Source: Planctomycetota bacterium (lineage in GTDB: Bacteria; Planctomycetota; MHYJ01; JACPRB01). Taken from it: a stretch of DNA of 64,000 bases. Positions within the stretch are counted from its first letter, which is position 1, and every line of letters begins with the position of its first letter. The position numbers were made by a program, and so were the translations under genes. The notes under the pieces were generated by a model that was not told the DNA's origin, ran no database searches, and saw only the letters and a program-made list of their open reading frames with translations. The stretch is from the NCBI GenBank assembly GCA_035574235.1, contig DATLZA010000156.1, positions 17,998 to 81,997 on the forward strand, given 5' to 3'. Shown here piece by piece: positions 36,572 through 46,037 of the stretch.

Positions 36572-36862
36572 ATGGCGTCGCTTAAGCCTTTGCGGGACAA
36601 GGTGGTGGTGGAGCGCAGCGAGGCGGAGGAGCGCACGGCGGGAGGAATCGTGCTGCCCGATACCGCCAAGGACAAGCCCAAGCAGGGGACGGTCATCGCG
36701 GTGGGGCCGGGGCGGCTTCTGGAGAACGGCGAGGTCAAGCCCCTGGAGGTGAAGAAGGGGGACCGGGTGCTCTTCGGCGGGTTCGCCGGGACCGAGGTGA
36801 AGCTCAACGGCAAGGAGTACCTGATCCTGAGCGAGAACGAGATTCTGGCGGTGGTCGGATAG
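36572..36862 (+). CDS. groES: co-chaperonin GroES
   Basis: [47 protein letters not shown]…, 96 aa. RBS ggagg. Confidence 0.95.
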   Translation: MASLKPLRDKVVVERSEAEERTAGGIVLPDTAKDKPKQGTVIAVGPGRLLENGEVKPLEVKKGDRVLFGGFAGTEVKLNGKEYLILSENEILAVVG

Positions 36863-36878
36863 ATATTTAGGAGAAGCC

Positions 36879-38516
36879 ATGGCTGCGAAGCGAATTGCGT
36901 TCGACCAGGAGGCGCGCGAGGCGGTCCGCCGCGGCGTGCGGCAGCTGGCCCGCGCCGTGAAGGTCACGCTCGGCCCGCGCGGCCGCGCGGTGCTCCTGGA
37001 GAAGAAGTGGGGCGCCCCGGTCGTCTCGGTCGACGGCGTCACGGTCGCCAAGGAGATCGAGCTCAAGGACGCCTACGAAAATATGGGCGCCCAGATGGTC
37101 AAGGAGGTCGCCTCCAAGACCAACGACGTGGCCGGCGACGGGACGACGACGTCCGTGGTGCTGGCCGAGGCCATCTTCGAGGAGGGCCTCAAGAACGTGA
37201 CCGCCGGCGCCAACCCGATCGCCCTCAAGCGCGGGATCGACAAGGCGGTCGAGGCCGTCGTCGCCGAGCTCAAGCGGCTGTCCAAGCCGGTCCGGCTCGA
37301 CGACATCTCCGAGGTCCGCAACGTCGGCACCATCGCCGCCGGCGGCGACGAGGAAATCGGAAAGATGCTCGCCGAGGCGATGCAGAAGGTGGGCAAGGAC
37401 GGCGTCATCACCGTCGAGGAAGGCAAGGGCCTGGAGACCTACGTGGAGTGGGTCGAGGGCATGCAGTTCGACAAGGGGTACCTCTCCCCGTACTTCGTGA
37501 CGGAGCCCGAGGAGATGAAGTGCACCCTGAAGGACTGCTACATCCTCATCCACGAGAAGAAGATCTCGGCGGTCAAGGATCTCATTCCGCTGCTCGAGAA
37601 GATCGCCAAGACGGGCAAGCCCCTCCTCATCATCGCGGAAGAGGTGGAAGGCGACGCCCTGGCGACGCTGGTCGTCAACAAGCTGCGCGGGACGCTCCAG
37701 GTCTGCGCCGTCAAGGCCCCCGGCTACGGCGACCGCCGCAAGGCCATGCTCGAGGACATCGCCGTCCTCACCGGAGGCAAGGCGATCTTCGAGGATCTGG
37801 GCATCGAGCTCGAGAAGGTGGATATCTCCCTCCTCGGCCGGGCCAAGAAGGTCGTCGTCGAGAAGGAGAACACCACGATCGTCGAAGGCGCCGGCGACAC
37901 CAAGGCCATCCAGGGCCGGATCGCCCAGATCAAGAAGGAGATCGAGACGACGACCTCCGACTACGACCGCGAGAAGCTCCAGGAGCGCCTGGCCAAGCTC
38001 GCCGGCGGGGTGGCCCAGATCAACGTCTGCGCCGCCACCGAGGTGGAGATGAAGGAGAAGAAGCTCCGCGTCGAGGACGCGCTGCACGCCACCCGCGCCG
38101 CGGTGGAGGAAGGCATCCTGCCCGGCGGCGGCGTGGCCCTCGTGCGCGCGGCCAAGGCGCTCGACAAGGTCAAGGCCTCGGGCGACGACGAGAAGGTCGG
38201 CGTGGACATCATCCGCCGCGCCTGCGAGGCCCCCATCCGGCAGATCGCTCAGAACTCGGGCGTGGACGGCGCGATCGTCATCGAGAAGGTGCGCGAGTCC
38301 AAGGACGCCACCTTCGGCTTCAACGCGGAGACCCTGGAGTACGGCGACATGCTCAAGATGGGCATCATCGACCCCACCAAGGTCGTCCGCAGCGCCCTCC
38401 AGAACGCCGCGAGCGTCGCGTCGCTCCTGCTGACGACCGACGCCGTGATCGCCGAGATTCCGGAGAAGAAGCCCGCCGCGCCTCCGCGTGAAGCGGGCAT
38501 GGAGGACGAGTTCTAG
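36879..38516 (+). CDS. groEL: chaperonin GroEL (Hsp60)
   Basis: [20 protein letters not shown]…[21 protein letters not shown]…, 545 aa. Classic GroEL motifs throughout. Confidence 0.97.
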   Translation: MAAKRIAFDQEAREAVRRGVRQLARAVKVTLGPRGRAVLLEKKWGAPVVSVDGVTVAKEIELKDAYENMGAQMVKEVASKTNDVAGDGTTTSVVLAEAIFEEGLKNVTAGANPIALKRGIDKAVEAVVAELKRLSKPVRLDDISEVRNVGTIAAGGDEEIGKMLAEAMQKVGKDGVITVEEGKGLETYVEWVEGMQFDKGYLSPYFVTEPEEMKCTLKDCYILIHEKKISAVKDLIPLLEKIAKTGKPLLIIAEEVEGDALATLVVNKLRGTLQVCAVKAPGYGDRRKAMLEDIAVLTGGKAIFEDLGIELEKVDISLLGRAKKVVVEKENTTIVEGAGDTKAIQGRIAQIKKEIETTTSDYDREKLQERLAKLAGGVAQINVCAATEVEMKEKKLRVEDALHATRAAVEEGILPGGGVALVRAAKALDKVKASGDDEKVGVDIIRRACEAPIRQIAQNSGVDGAIVIEKVRESKDATFGFNAETLEYGDMLKMGIIDPTKVVRSALQNAASVASLLLTTDAVIAEIPEKKPAAPPREAGMEDEF

Positions 38517-38546
38517 TCCGGCCGATTCGCACTCCGACGACGGTGA

Positions 38547-38580
38547 GAGCGCCCCATCCCCCCGGATGGGGCGCTTTTCC
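38547..38580 (+). terminator. rho-independent terminator after groEL
   Basis: Hairpin agcgccccatcc-cccc-ggatggggcgct followed by TTTTCC. Confidence 0.6.
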
Positions 38581-38694
38581 AGGCGCCGACCCCTGCGGGC
38601 GGTGTCGGGGGGCCCCGGATAGGAGGGGAGGTTAGGGGTTCCGCCTCCGCGGCGGAGCCGCCGGCCCTGTTCTTGGGCCAGGGAAGTTCCTTCG

Positions 38695-38733
38695 GGCGTC
38701 TCTTCCGGGCGACCGGGAGAGACGCCTTTTTTT
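38695..38733 (+). terminator. second hairpin + T7 tract downstream of groEL
   Basis: Hairpin ggcgtctcttccgg-gcga-ccgggagagacgcc followed by TTTTTTT. Confidence 0.45.
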
Positions 38734-38746
38734 CGCTCCGGGACGC

Positions 38747-39352
38747 TCAGCGCGCCGGGGGAGGGGACGTCTCGCCCTTGGGCGCCGCGGGGCTCAGCGG
38801 CTCCGCGGGGGGAGGCGCCTCGGGTCCGCCGAACTCCGGCGGCACCTTCTGCTTGAAACGCTCCTCGAAGATCTGGAACGGCTTCTCGTCGTAGAGCACG
38901 AACATCACTTCCTCGAGCCCCGACGCCCCCGAGCCGCAGTGGCGGAGCGTCTCTTCGATCAGGATGTCCGCGCAGCGCTCGACGGGCAGCGCCCCCGCCC
39001 CCGTGCCGATGGCGGGGAAGGCGATCGTGCGGCACCGAAGCTCGTCCGCCTTCTGAAGCGCCGCGCGCGCGGCGTGGCGCACCGACTTGGCGTCCGCCCA
39101 GAGGCCCAGCGGATTCACCGCCGCGTGGATGATCCACTTGGCTTTGAGTTGTCCCGCCGAGGTGACGGCCGCCGTCCCGAGCGGAATCGTTCCGATCCGG
39201 TGGCACTCCTCCTGCACCTCCGGACCGGCGGCTCGGCGGATGGCTCCCGAAACGCCTCCTCCGAGCACCAGGTCGTTATTGGCCGAGTTGACGATGGCGT
39301 CGGCTTCGACCTGCGTGATGTCGCCTCGGATCATGCGGAGCCGGGTTTTCAT
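38747..39352 (-). CDS. Macro-domain protein (ADP-ribose/O-acetyl-ADP-ribose binding/deacetylase family)
   Basis: IRGDITQVEADAIVNSANNDLVLGGGVSGAIRRAAG…IAFPAIGTGAGALP. 201 aa. Confidence 0.85.
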   Translation of the reverse strand: MKTRLRMIRGDITQVEADAIVNSANNDLVLGGGVSGAIRRAAGPEVQEECHRIGTIPLGTAAVTSAGQLKAKWIIHAAVNPLGLWADAKSVRHAARAALQKADELRCRTIAFPAIGTGAGALPVERCADILIEETLRHCGSGASGLEEVMFVLYDEKPFQIFEERFKQKVPPEFGGPEAPPPAEPLSPAAPKGETSPPPAR

Positions 39353-39412
39353 GGGCGCGCCTGAGCTTTCGCATTATAGGAGGGAGCGCGCGGGCCGTAA
39401 AGGGGGGCGCCG

Positions 39413-40246
39413 TCACGGTCCGCCGAATCGGCGGCGGCACCAGGCGCGCGCGAGGACCAGGTTGAGCCCCATGAGCGCCAGGAATCCGCCCAGCCCGAGC
39501 GCCTTGCGGCGCGCAAACTCCGCCTTCCGCCGCTCCGCCCGGTCGAACGTCTCGCGGGCGGTCCGGGCGGCGGCCGGGATCTCCTCCTCCAGCTTCTTGA
39601 AGACGGAAAAGAGCCCCGCGTGCTGCCGGGAACGGAACTCCCCGCGCGCGCGCCGGGCGGCCTCGAGCGCCGCGCGCTCCGCCGCCCAGGAGATTCCCGG
39701 TTCCTCCTCCGCCAGGCAGGCTTCCAGCCGCGCCAGCTCCGGTTCGAAGGCGGCCATCTGCTCCCCGAATTTCGTCATGGCGGCGATCTGCCGCGAGGCC
39801 GGCCGATGACACTCGGCGCACCCTTGTTCCTTGCTCCTGAGGATTTCCTCCCGCCGCGCCGGGGCCGTCCGGTGCTCGGTGTGGCAGGCCAGGCAGCCCC
39901 GGACCTTTCCGCCTCCCTCCCAGTCGGCATAGTGCTGGCTGCGCTTGAATTCCTCGAGTTCCTGGATATGGCACGTCCCGCACAGGGCGGGCGAATCGCT
40001 GCGGGGGCGGCCGGCCTCGTCGAGCTCCTTAAGGACGCCGCGGCGGAAGCCCTGGACGTAGAGGTGCGGACGCGACTTTCGGGTGTCGATCTGGTCGGCG
40101 CCGTGGCACCCGACGCAGTCGGTTCCTTTGAGCGCGTGAACGGAATCCTTCCAGTGGTCGCGCTGCTCCTCGTGGCATTCCGCGCACCGGCGAGCGTCGG
40201 CCACCCTCTCCTGCGCCGCCAGGAACGCCAGCAGCGCCGCGATCAT
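39413..40246 (-). CDS. pentaheme c-type cytochrome with C-terminal membrane anchor
   Basis: Signal peptide MIAALLAFLAAQ. Five CxxCH motifs: CAECH, CVGCH, CGTCH, CLACH, CAECH. C-terminal TM LGLGGFLALMGLNLVLA. The ATG overlaps the cytochrome b stop (ATGA). The upstream 93 codons of the track ORF are rejected. Confidence 0.8.
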   Translation of the reverse strand: MIAALLAFLAAQERVADARRCAECHEEQRDHWKDSVHALKGTDCVGCHGADQIDTRKSRPHLYVQGFRRGVLKELDEAGRPRSDSPALCGTCHIQELEEFKRSQHYADWEGGGKVRGCLACHTEHRTAPARREEILRSKEQGCAECHRPASRQIAAMTKFGEQMAAFEPELARLEACLAEEEPGISWAAERAALEAARRARGEFRSRQHAGLFSVFKKLEEEIPAAARTARETFDRAERRKAEFARRKALGLGGFLALMGLNLVLARAWCRRRFGGP

Positions 40247-41379
40247 CGGCCGCCCTCCGCCGCGCGGTGCGGCACGCCCCGGATGTCGAACTCCCAGGGT
40301 CCGATCCGCCGCTCGGAAAGGAACCCGAGGATTCCGAGCGCGAGCGTCGCCGCCAGACCCGCCGCGGCGGCCGCCATCAGGAACCGCCGCCGCCCGGGCC
40401 GGCGCTCGGGATTGCGGTCGAGAAACGGCAGGAGAAAAAGAAGCGCCACCGCTCCGTTGACCACGAGAAGCCCCGCGAGCTTCGGGAAATACTTGAGCGC
40501 CTGGTAGACGGGCAGGAAATACCACTCGGGCTTGACTCCCCTGGGCGTGGACTGCGGGGTGGCCTTGGGCCCCAGCTCGAACGGGAAAAGCACCGCCAGC
40601 GTCACCACCAGGCTCAGGACCACGATGACCGTGGTCACCTCGCGGTAGAGATGCCGCGCGAAGGGAACGCCCTCCCGGGCCATGATCCCCTCATATCCCT
40701 CGCCGATCTCCTCCCTGACGCTGCGGCGCGTGCTGATGCCCAGGCGGCGCACCAGGTAGAGATGGCCCGCCACGAGCCCGACGAGAGCGGCCGGGAGGAG
40801 AAGCACGTGCACGATGAAGAAACGCGACAGGGTTGCGTCCGAAACCCGGGAGCCTCCGCGGATCATCTGTCCCAGGGTATCCCCCACGAGGGGCAGTCCC
40901 ATGAACGACTCCGTGGCCACCACGGTGCCCCAGTAGGAAACCTGGTCCATGGGCAGGAGGTACCCCGTGAACCCGAACGTGACCGTGACGAGAAGAAGCG
41001 CGCACCCGAAAAGCCACGTCAGCTCGCGCGGCTTCTTGTACGCCCCGTACCAGAAAACCCGCCCGAGGTGAAGGAGCACCACGAAGACCATCGTGTGGGC
41101 CCCCCAGGCGTGGAAGGAACGGATGAGCCAGCCGCCGGGAATCTCATGCGTGATCCGGCGCACGCTCTCGTACGCCCTGTCCATCGAGCTCGAGTAGTTG
41201 AGGGCCAGGAGGATGCCGCTTCCGACCTGCGTCATGAAGAGCACGAGCGCCGCCGTGCCCAGCGTGAAGGCGTAGCTCTCCGCGTGCGGCGGAACCGGCT
41301 TGTAGAGCTGCTCCCGGCCGAAGCGGGCGAACGACGAAAGCCCCAGCCGTTCCTCCAGCCACGTCCGCAGGCGACCCAT
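40243..41379 (-). CDS. cytochrome b (full-length, unsplit)
   Basis: Both H-x13-H pairs are present (AWGAHTMVFVVLLHLG; IVHVLLLPAALVGLVAGHLY). Canonical Qo motif PEWYFLP. Start at MGRLRTW (41379), 2 nt after the Rieske stop. Confidence 0.9.
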   Translation of the reverse strand: MGRLRTWLEERLGLSSFARFGREQLYKPVPPHAESYAFTLGTAALVLFMTQVGSGILLALNYSSSMDRAYESVRRITHEIPGGWLIRSFHAWGAHTMVFVVLLHLGRVFWYGAYKKPRELTWLFGCALLLVTVTFGFTGYLLPMDQVSYWGTVVATESFMGLPLVGDTLGQMIRGGSRVSDATLSRFFIVHVLLLPAALVGLVAGHLYLVRRLGISTRRSVREEIGEGYEGIMAREGVPFARHLYREVTTVIVVLSLVVTLAVLFPFELGPKATPQSTPRGVKPEWYFLPVYQALKYFPKLAGLLVVNGAVALLFLLPFLDRNPERRPGRRRFLMAAAAAGLAATLALGILGFLSERRIGPWEFDIRGVPHRAAEGGR

Positions 41380-41381
41380 GT

Positions 41382-41855
41382 TCAGAAGACCACGACCAGA
41401 CGACCCTTCTCCGAGCGCACCGGGAACGCCTGAAGCTCCCGCGCCGCCGGTGTCGTCGGTCCGGTCCCGTCCGGACGGAAGGTGGCGCTGTGGCAGGGGC
41501 ACCGGATCAGGCCGCTCTTCTCATCCCACTTCACCAGACACGCCAGGTGCGTGCAGGTGGCATTGACCGCGGTAAGTTTGCCTCCCGCGCGGATGATGAG
41601 CAGGGGGATCGCGCCTTTCTCGATCGCCTTGAAGCCGCCTTCGGGGATGTCGTCCGGCCCCACGTCGACGGGCCCCGAGAGGCGCGCTTCGGGGAGGGGA
41701 GCCAGATAGCGGGCCACCGGCACGGCGCTCAGGGCGCAGGTTGCGCACGCGGAGAGAGCGCACGCCGCGCCCAGGAAGTCCCGGCGGCTCGTTCCCGGCT
41801 GCTCGTCGCGTTCCACCGTCCGATCCTTAGTAGCCCCGCGCCGGACGCGCGTCAA
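41382..41855 (-). CDS. Rieske [2Fe-2S] protein
   Basis: Tat signal RRDFLGAACALSA. Rieske boxes CTHLAC and CPCHSA. 157 aa. Confidence 0.9.
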   Translation of the reverse strand: MTRVRRGATKDRTVERDEQPGTSRRDFLGAACALSACATCALSAVPVARYLAPLPEARLSGPVDVGPDDIPEGGFKAIEKGAIPLLIIRAGGKLTAVNATCTHLACLVKWDEKSGLIRCPCHSATFRPDGTGPTTPAARELQAFPVRSEKGRLVVVF

Positions 41856-42697
41856 GGAATTCCACGCCCGGAGCTCTTTCTTTCCTTACCCAGAAACGCC
41901 CGCGGCAGGTACGCCAGGAGGTCCGTCGCCATCAGGGAAACTTCGCCGAGATCCCGCGCCCCCAGATCCCCCGCCCGGCCGTGCACCTCGACGCCCAGGC
42001 AGGCGGCCTCGAAGGGCTCGATCTTCTGGCCCAGAAGCGCTCCGAGAACCCCCGCCAGGACGTCTCCCGATCCTCCCGTCGCCATTCCGGGGTTCCCGGT
42101 CCGGTTCCGGAAGAGCCGCCGGCCGTCCGTCACGAGCGTTCCGTGCCCTTTGAGGACGGCGATCCCGCCAAGGCGGCGCGCCAGCTCACGCGCGGTTCCC
42201 TCCCGGTCCGCCTGGACGTCCCCGGCGGTGCGCCCCAGGAGGCGGGCCGCCTCGCCCGGATGCGGCGTGAGGATCCGCGGCGCGCGGGCGCGGGCCAGAA
42301 GTTCCGCGCGGCCCTCGAAGGCGTTCAGGCCGTCGGCGTCGAGAACGAAGGGGATCTCGAGCCGCGCGACGAGTTCCCGGACCAGGCGGACGGCGGCGGG
42401 ATCGCGCGAGAGCCCCGGGCCGATCACCGCCGCCGTGCTCCGAGCCGCCTCGGCCAGGACCCGGCGGGCCGCCGCCCGCGGAGGAAAGGGCCGCACAATG
42501 CCGCAGGTGTGCTTGATCGAAAGAATGTCGGCCACCCGCTCGGGGCAGGCCAGGACGACGAGTCCCGCGCCCGCCCGGTAGGCCGCTTCCGCCGCAAGAT
42601 AGGCCGCCCCCGTCATGCCCGGAGAGCCGGCCACGACGAGCACCGTGCCGTAATCTCCCTTGTGCGTCTCGGGACGGCGCGGAGGCAGGCCGGGCAT
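41852..42697 (-). CDS. ADP-dependent NAD(P)H-hydrate dehydratase (YjeF C-terminal / carbohydrate kinase fold)
   Basis: HKGDYGTVLVVAGSPGMTGAAYLAAEAAYRAGAGLV…TPHPGEAARL…GSGDVLAGVLGALL. Its 3' end overlaps the Rieske start by 4 nt. Confidence 0.85.
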   Translation of the reverse strand: MPGLPPRRPETHKGDYGTVLVVAGSPGMTGAAYLAAEAAYRAGAGLVVLACPERVADILSIKHTCGIVRPFPPRAAARRVLAEAARSTAAVIGPGLSRDPAAVRLVRELVARLEIPFVLDADGLNAFEGRAELLARARAPRILTPHPGEAARLLGRTAGDVQADREGTARELARRLGGIAVLKGHGTLVTDGRRLFRNRTGNPGMATGGSGDVLAGVLGALLGQKIEPFEAACLGVEVHGRAGDLGARDLGEVSLMATDLLAYLPRAFLGKERKSSGRGIP

Positions 42698-42817
42698 GGG
42701 CGGGATTGTAACAGCGCCCCGCGCGGCGGGGAAGGAAACGCGCGGCGATTCGATGCTCCGAGCGGCCCGCCCGGCGTATTATTTAGCGGAAGCGGGATCC
42801 ACCGGGGAGGCCGTCGC

Positions 42818-43795
42818 ATGAGATTCGCCCTCTGGGGGCTGGCCCTTCTGGCGTCCGGGACGTTCCAGGAGGACATGGTCAAGAAAGTGGCGCCCGACGC
42901 CGAGCGCGTGCGCAAGGTCGCCCGCAAGCCGGCGCCCGGGGCGCGCGAGAAGATCGAAAAGGCGCTCGGCGAGCGGCTCGCCGAAGCCGACCTTTCCGCC
43001 CCGCTTTTCGAGTGCTATGCGACCGTTCCGTCCGTTTCGAGCATGGAAAAGACCCGCGTCGTGGTCGGCGTGTTCTCCGGCCGGGGCCCCAAGGGGCCGT
43101 TCCGCGTGGCGGTGGCGGTGGCCCCGGGCGAGGATACGATCCACGCGGTGCGCGTGCTCGAGAACGCCGACGAAAAGGCGCTCGAGTCGAACGCGTTCCT
43201 GGCCCAGTTCCAGGGGTTCGAGTACACCCCGAACATCTACAACCCGCCTCAGAGCCTTGCGGCGGCGCTTCAGAAAGCCAAGGGGGCCGATGAAGCGGCG
43301 CGCGAACTGGACGCGCTCGTGCGGATCAGCCTGCAGATGCGCGCGGTGGGGCCGGCGTGGGATCGGCTCCTGGAGAAAATCGACAAGAAGGACGCCGCCG
43401 CGGAGGAGGATCTTGCGTTCCTCGAACGGGCGTTCGACGAGGCGCTCAAGCTCGTTCCGGCGGCGCGCTTTCTCAAGCCCACCCAGCAGGAGCGCTTCCG
43501 CCAGTACGCCTCGGGGGCGCGCGCGGATGTCCAGGAGTTGCGGCGATTCCTGAAGGAAGGGAACTTCGAGGAGGCCTACCGTAAGTCGGGGGAGGTCGAT
43601 TCTCAGCGTTGCGCCAAGTGCCATGGCGCGTACCGGCGCAGTTTCCGCGAGGCGCGATCGGATCGCGGTCTCGGAAACGGCTACCTTTCGACCCGCCTGG
43701 AGGTCGCCGTGCCGGATGCCCGGCATGAAGCCTCGTTTCAGGCGCTGGCTCAGACCGTCCGCAAGGCGGTGCTCCTGATCGAGGAGACGAAGTAG
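42818..43795 (+). CDS. secreted protein with FMN_bind-like domain and C-terminal monoheme CxxCH
   Basis: RBS ggggagg precedes the ATG. Signal peptide MRFALWGLALLASG. Segment GVFSGRGPKGPFRVAVAVAPGEDTIHAVRVLENADEKALESNAFLAQFQGF resembles the FMN_bind domain consensus (…VgiD.dG.I.gV.VL.H.ET.G.G…FL.QF.GK). C-terminal QRCAKCHGAY. Confidence 0.55.
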   Translation: MRFALWGLALLASGTFQEDMVKKVAPDAERVRKVARKPAPGAREKIEKALGERLAEADLSAPLFECYATVPSVSSMEKTRVVVGVFSGRGPKGPFRVAVAVAPGEDTIHAVRVLENADEKALESNAFLAQFQGFEYTPNIYNPPQSLAAALQKAKGADEAARELDALVRISLQMRAVGPAWDRLLEKIDKKDAAAEEDLAFLERAFDEALKLVPAARFLKPTQQERFRQYASGARADVQELRRFLKEGNFEEAYRKSGEVDSQRCAKCHGAYRRSFREARSDRGLGNGYLSTRLEVAVPDARHEASFQALAQTVRKAVLLIEETK

Positions 43796-43851
43796 ATTTT
43801 CCGGTCGCCCGCCGCCGCCGGGCTCAAGCTTTCGCCGCCGCCTGCCGAAGG

Positions 43852-45048
43852 ATGAAGGGGCGAATCCCGGAGCCTGTCATGTCGCGCGACGCGGCGCTTC
43901 TCATGGTGGTCGTGCTGGCCCTGGTGGCGATCGGCCTGGTCATGCTCTACTCGGCCACGGGGGTGACGGCGGAGAAGTCGCCGCGGTACCAGGACGGCGA
44001 GTACTTCCTGAAGCGCCAGCTCGCCTGGGCGGCGGTGGCCTTGCCGTGCATGTTCCTGCTGTCCCGTGTGCCCTACCGGTTTTGGGAGCGCTGGCGGTGG
44101 GCGATCCTGGGTCTGACGGTGGCGGGACTGGTTCTCGTCTTCGTGCCGGGGATCGGAGCCAAGATCAACGCGGCGCGCCGCTGGATCCGGATCGGGGGAT
44201 TCCAGGTCCAGCCGTCGGAGATGGCCAAGATCGGCATCGCCGTCTTCCTGGCGGGATTCGCGGCGGCCGATCCGGAGCGGCTGAAGCGCTTCTTCCGGGG
44301 ATTCCTGCCGGCCTGCCTGGCGCTGGGGATCGTGGCGGGGCTGATCCTCATCGAGCCGGACGTGGGAACGGCGCTTTTCATCACGCTGGTCATGGGACTG
44401 ATGCTGCTCGTGGCGGGAGTGCGGATTTTCCATGGAGTGCCCGTGGCGGTGGCCGCGGCGGGGCTCGTGGCGTTCTATGCGCTGACGCACACGGAGCACG
44501 TGGAACGGCGTCTGGCGGAGTGGGGGACCGGATACCAGGTGACCCAATCGCTCCTGGCGCTGGGGTCCGGGGGCTGGACGGGGGAGGGCCTCGGTCGCGG
44601 CCGGGCGAAGCTCTACTTTTTGCCGGAAGCGCATTCGGACTTCATCTTTCCGATTCTGGGGGAAGAACTGGGGTTCGTGGGGGCGGCGTGCACGCTGCTT
44701 CTCTATGCGGCCCTGGGGATCCTGGGATACCGCATCATGCGCCGGGCGCCGGACCGCTTCAGCTTCCTGTTGTCGTTCGCCCTGACGACCTATATAATTC
44801 TCCAGGCGGCGGTGAACGTGGCGGTCGTGACGGCCGCCGTGCCCACCAAGGGCATTCCGCTCCCCTTCGTGAGCGCCGGGGGGTCTTCCCTCCTTTTCAC
44901 GACGGCGGGGGTGGGAATCCTGGCGGGCATCGCCAACGCCGCCGAGGGGGAACCATGTCGGGCGGAGAGGGGCTGCGGATCCTTTTCGCCGGGGGCGGCA
45001 CCGGCGGGCACGTCTTCCCCGGCATCGCTCTCGCTCAGCACGCGGTAG
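43852..45048 (+). CDS. ftsW: peptidoglycan glycosyltransferase FtsW/RodA (SEDS family)
   Basis: Ten TM helices. SEDS motifs (QPSEMAKI, HSDFIF, LPFVSAGGSS). The reading frame runs 94 nt into murG, so the true stop/overlap is uncertain. Confidence 0.85.
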   Translation: MKGRIPEPVMSRDAALLMVVVLALVAIGLVMLYSATGVTAEKSPRYQDGEYFLKRQLAWAAVALPCMFLLSRVPYRFWERWRWAILGLTVAGLVLVFVPGIGAKINAARRWIRIGGFQVQPSEMAKIGIAVFLAGFAAADPERLKRFFRGFLPACLALGIVAGLILIEPDVGTALFITLVMGLMLLVAGVRIFHGVPVAVAAAGLVAFYALTHTEHVERRLAEWGTGYQVTQSLLALGSGGWTGEGLGRGRAKLYFLPEAHSDFIFPILGEELGFVGAACTLLLYAALGILGYRIMRRAPDRFSFLLSFALTTYIILQAAVNVAVVTAAVPTKGIPLPFVSAGGSSLLFTTAGVGILAGIANAAEGEPCRAERGCGSFSPGAAPAGTSSPASLSLSTR

Positions 45049-46037
45049 GCTCGCCGGTCTTCTGGCTCTGCACCTCCCGGGCCTTCGACGCGGCGCAGCT
45101 TTCGAAGGAAGGAATCCCTTTCGAGCCTCTCCCGTCTCGCCGCTGGAGCGGCCTGCGCGGCTTCTTGGCGCCCATGGCGCGGGCGCTCCGGCGTGCCGCG
45201 GCGCGGATCCGCGAGTTCCGGCCGGACGTCGTTGTGGGCGTCGGGGGCTACGGAACGGTGCCGCCCGTCCTGGCGGCCCGGGCGCTCGGCGTGCCGTATG
45301 TGCTTCTGGAGCAGAACGTCCGTCCGGGGCGGGCCAATCGGTTCCTGGCCGCCGGGGCGCGGCGGATTTACGTCCAATGGGCCGAGGCGAAGGCCGCCTT
45401 TCCGGGGTGCGGCCCCCGCGTTCGGGTGACGGGGAGCCCCCTTCGCCGGGGGATGCGGCGCGCCGACCGGGCGGAGGCGCTGCGGCGATTCGGCCTGGAG
45501 GAAGGCCGGCCCACCGTGGCGGTCGTGGGAGGAAGCCAGGGAGCCGAGGCGCTCAACCGGGGCGTCCTGGCGGGATTGGACGGAACCGCCGACCGGATCC
45601 AGCTCATCCACGTGGCGGGGGCCGGACGGGCGGAAGCGGTGCGGTCGGCGTACCGGGAGCGCGGCGCCCGGGCGGTCGTGTGCGAGTTCGTGGCGGACAT
45701 GGACCGCCTCTATTCGGCGGCGGACCTGGTGATCTCCCGGGCGGGGGCGATGGCGATCGCCGAGATGGCCGCGCTGGAGGTTCCGGCGGTTCTTGTTCCG
45801 ATCGCCCGTTCCGCGGGCGATCATCAGCGGGAGAACGCCCGGGCGGCGGCGCGGACGGGGGGAGCGATCTATCTGGAGGAAGAGGAGTGCCTGCGCGGGG
45901 GGCTGGCCCCGATCCTCAGGAGACTTGTGTCGGGGGAGCCGCTCTTCGATAATATGAGGCGTCGCCTTCGCGCGCTGGCCCGTCCCGAGGCGGCGCGGAC
46001 CATTCTGGAGGACCTGGGGGAGCTCTTCGGGGGATGA
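44955..46037 (+). CDS. murG: UDP-GlcNAc:lipid I N-acetylglucosaminyltransferase
   Basis: N-terminal AGGGTGGHVFPGIALA. C-terminal G-loop VISRAGAMAIAE. 361 aa. Confidence 0.9.
   Translation: MSGGEGLRILFAGGGTGGHVFPGIALAQHAVGSPVFWLCTSRAFDAAQLSKEGIPFEPLPSRRWSGLRGFLAPMARALRRAAARIREFRPDVVVGVGGYGTVPPVLAARALGVPYVLLEQNVRPGRANRFLAAGARRIYVQWAEAKAAFPGCGPRVRVTGSPLRRGMRRADRAEALRRFGLEEGRPTVAVVGGSQGAEALNRGVLAGLDGTADRIQLIHVAGAGRAEAVRSAYRERGARAVVCEFVADMDRLYSAADLVISRAGAMAIAEMAALEVPAVLVPIARSAGDHQRENARAAARTGGAIYLEEEECLRGGLAPILRRLVSGEPLFDNMRRRLRALARPEAARTILEDLGELFGG

Noticed and set aside
36867-39206. 779-aa minus ORF antisense to groEL
   Set aside because: groEL on the plus strand is unambiguous; this is an antisense artefact.
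41981-43795. N-terminal 279 codons of the 604-aa plus ORF
   Set aside because: They are antisense to the NAD(P)HX dehydratase gene. A real start with RBS and signal peptide is present at 42818.
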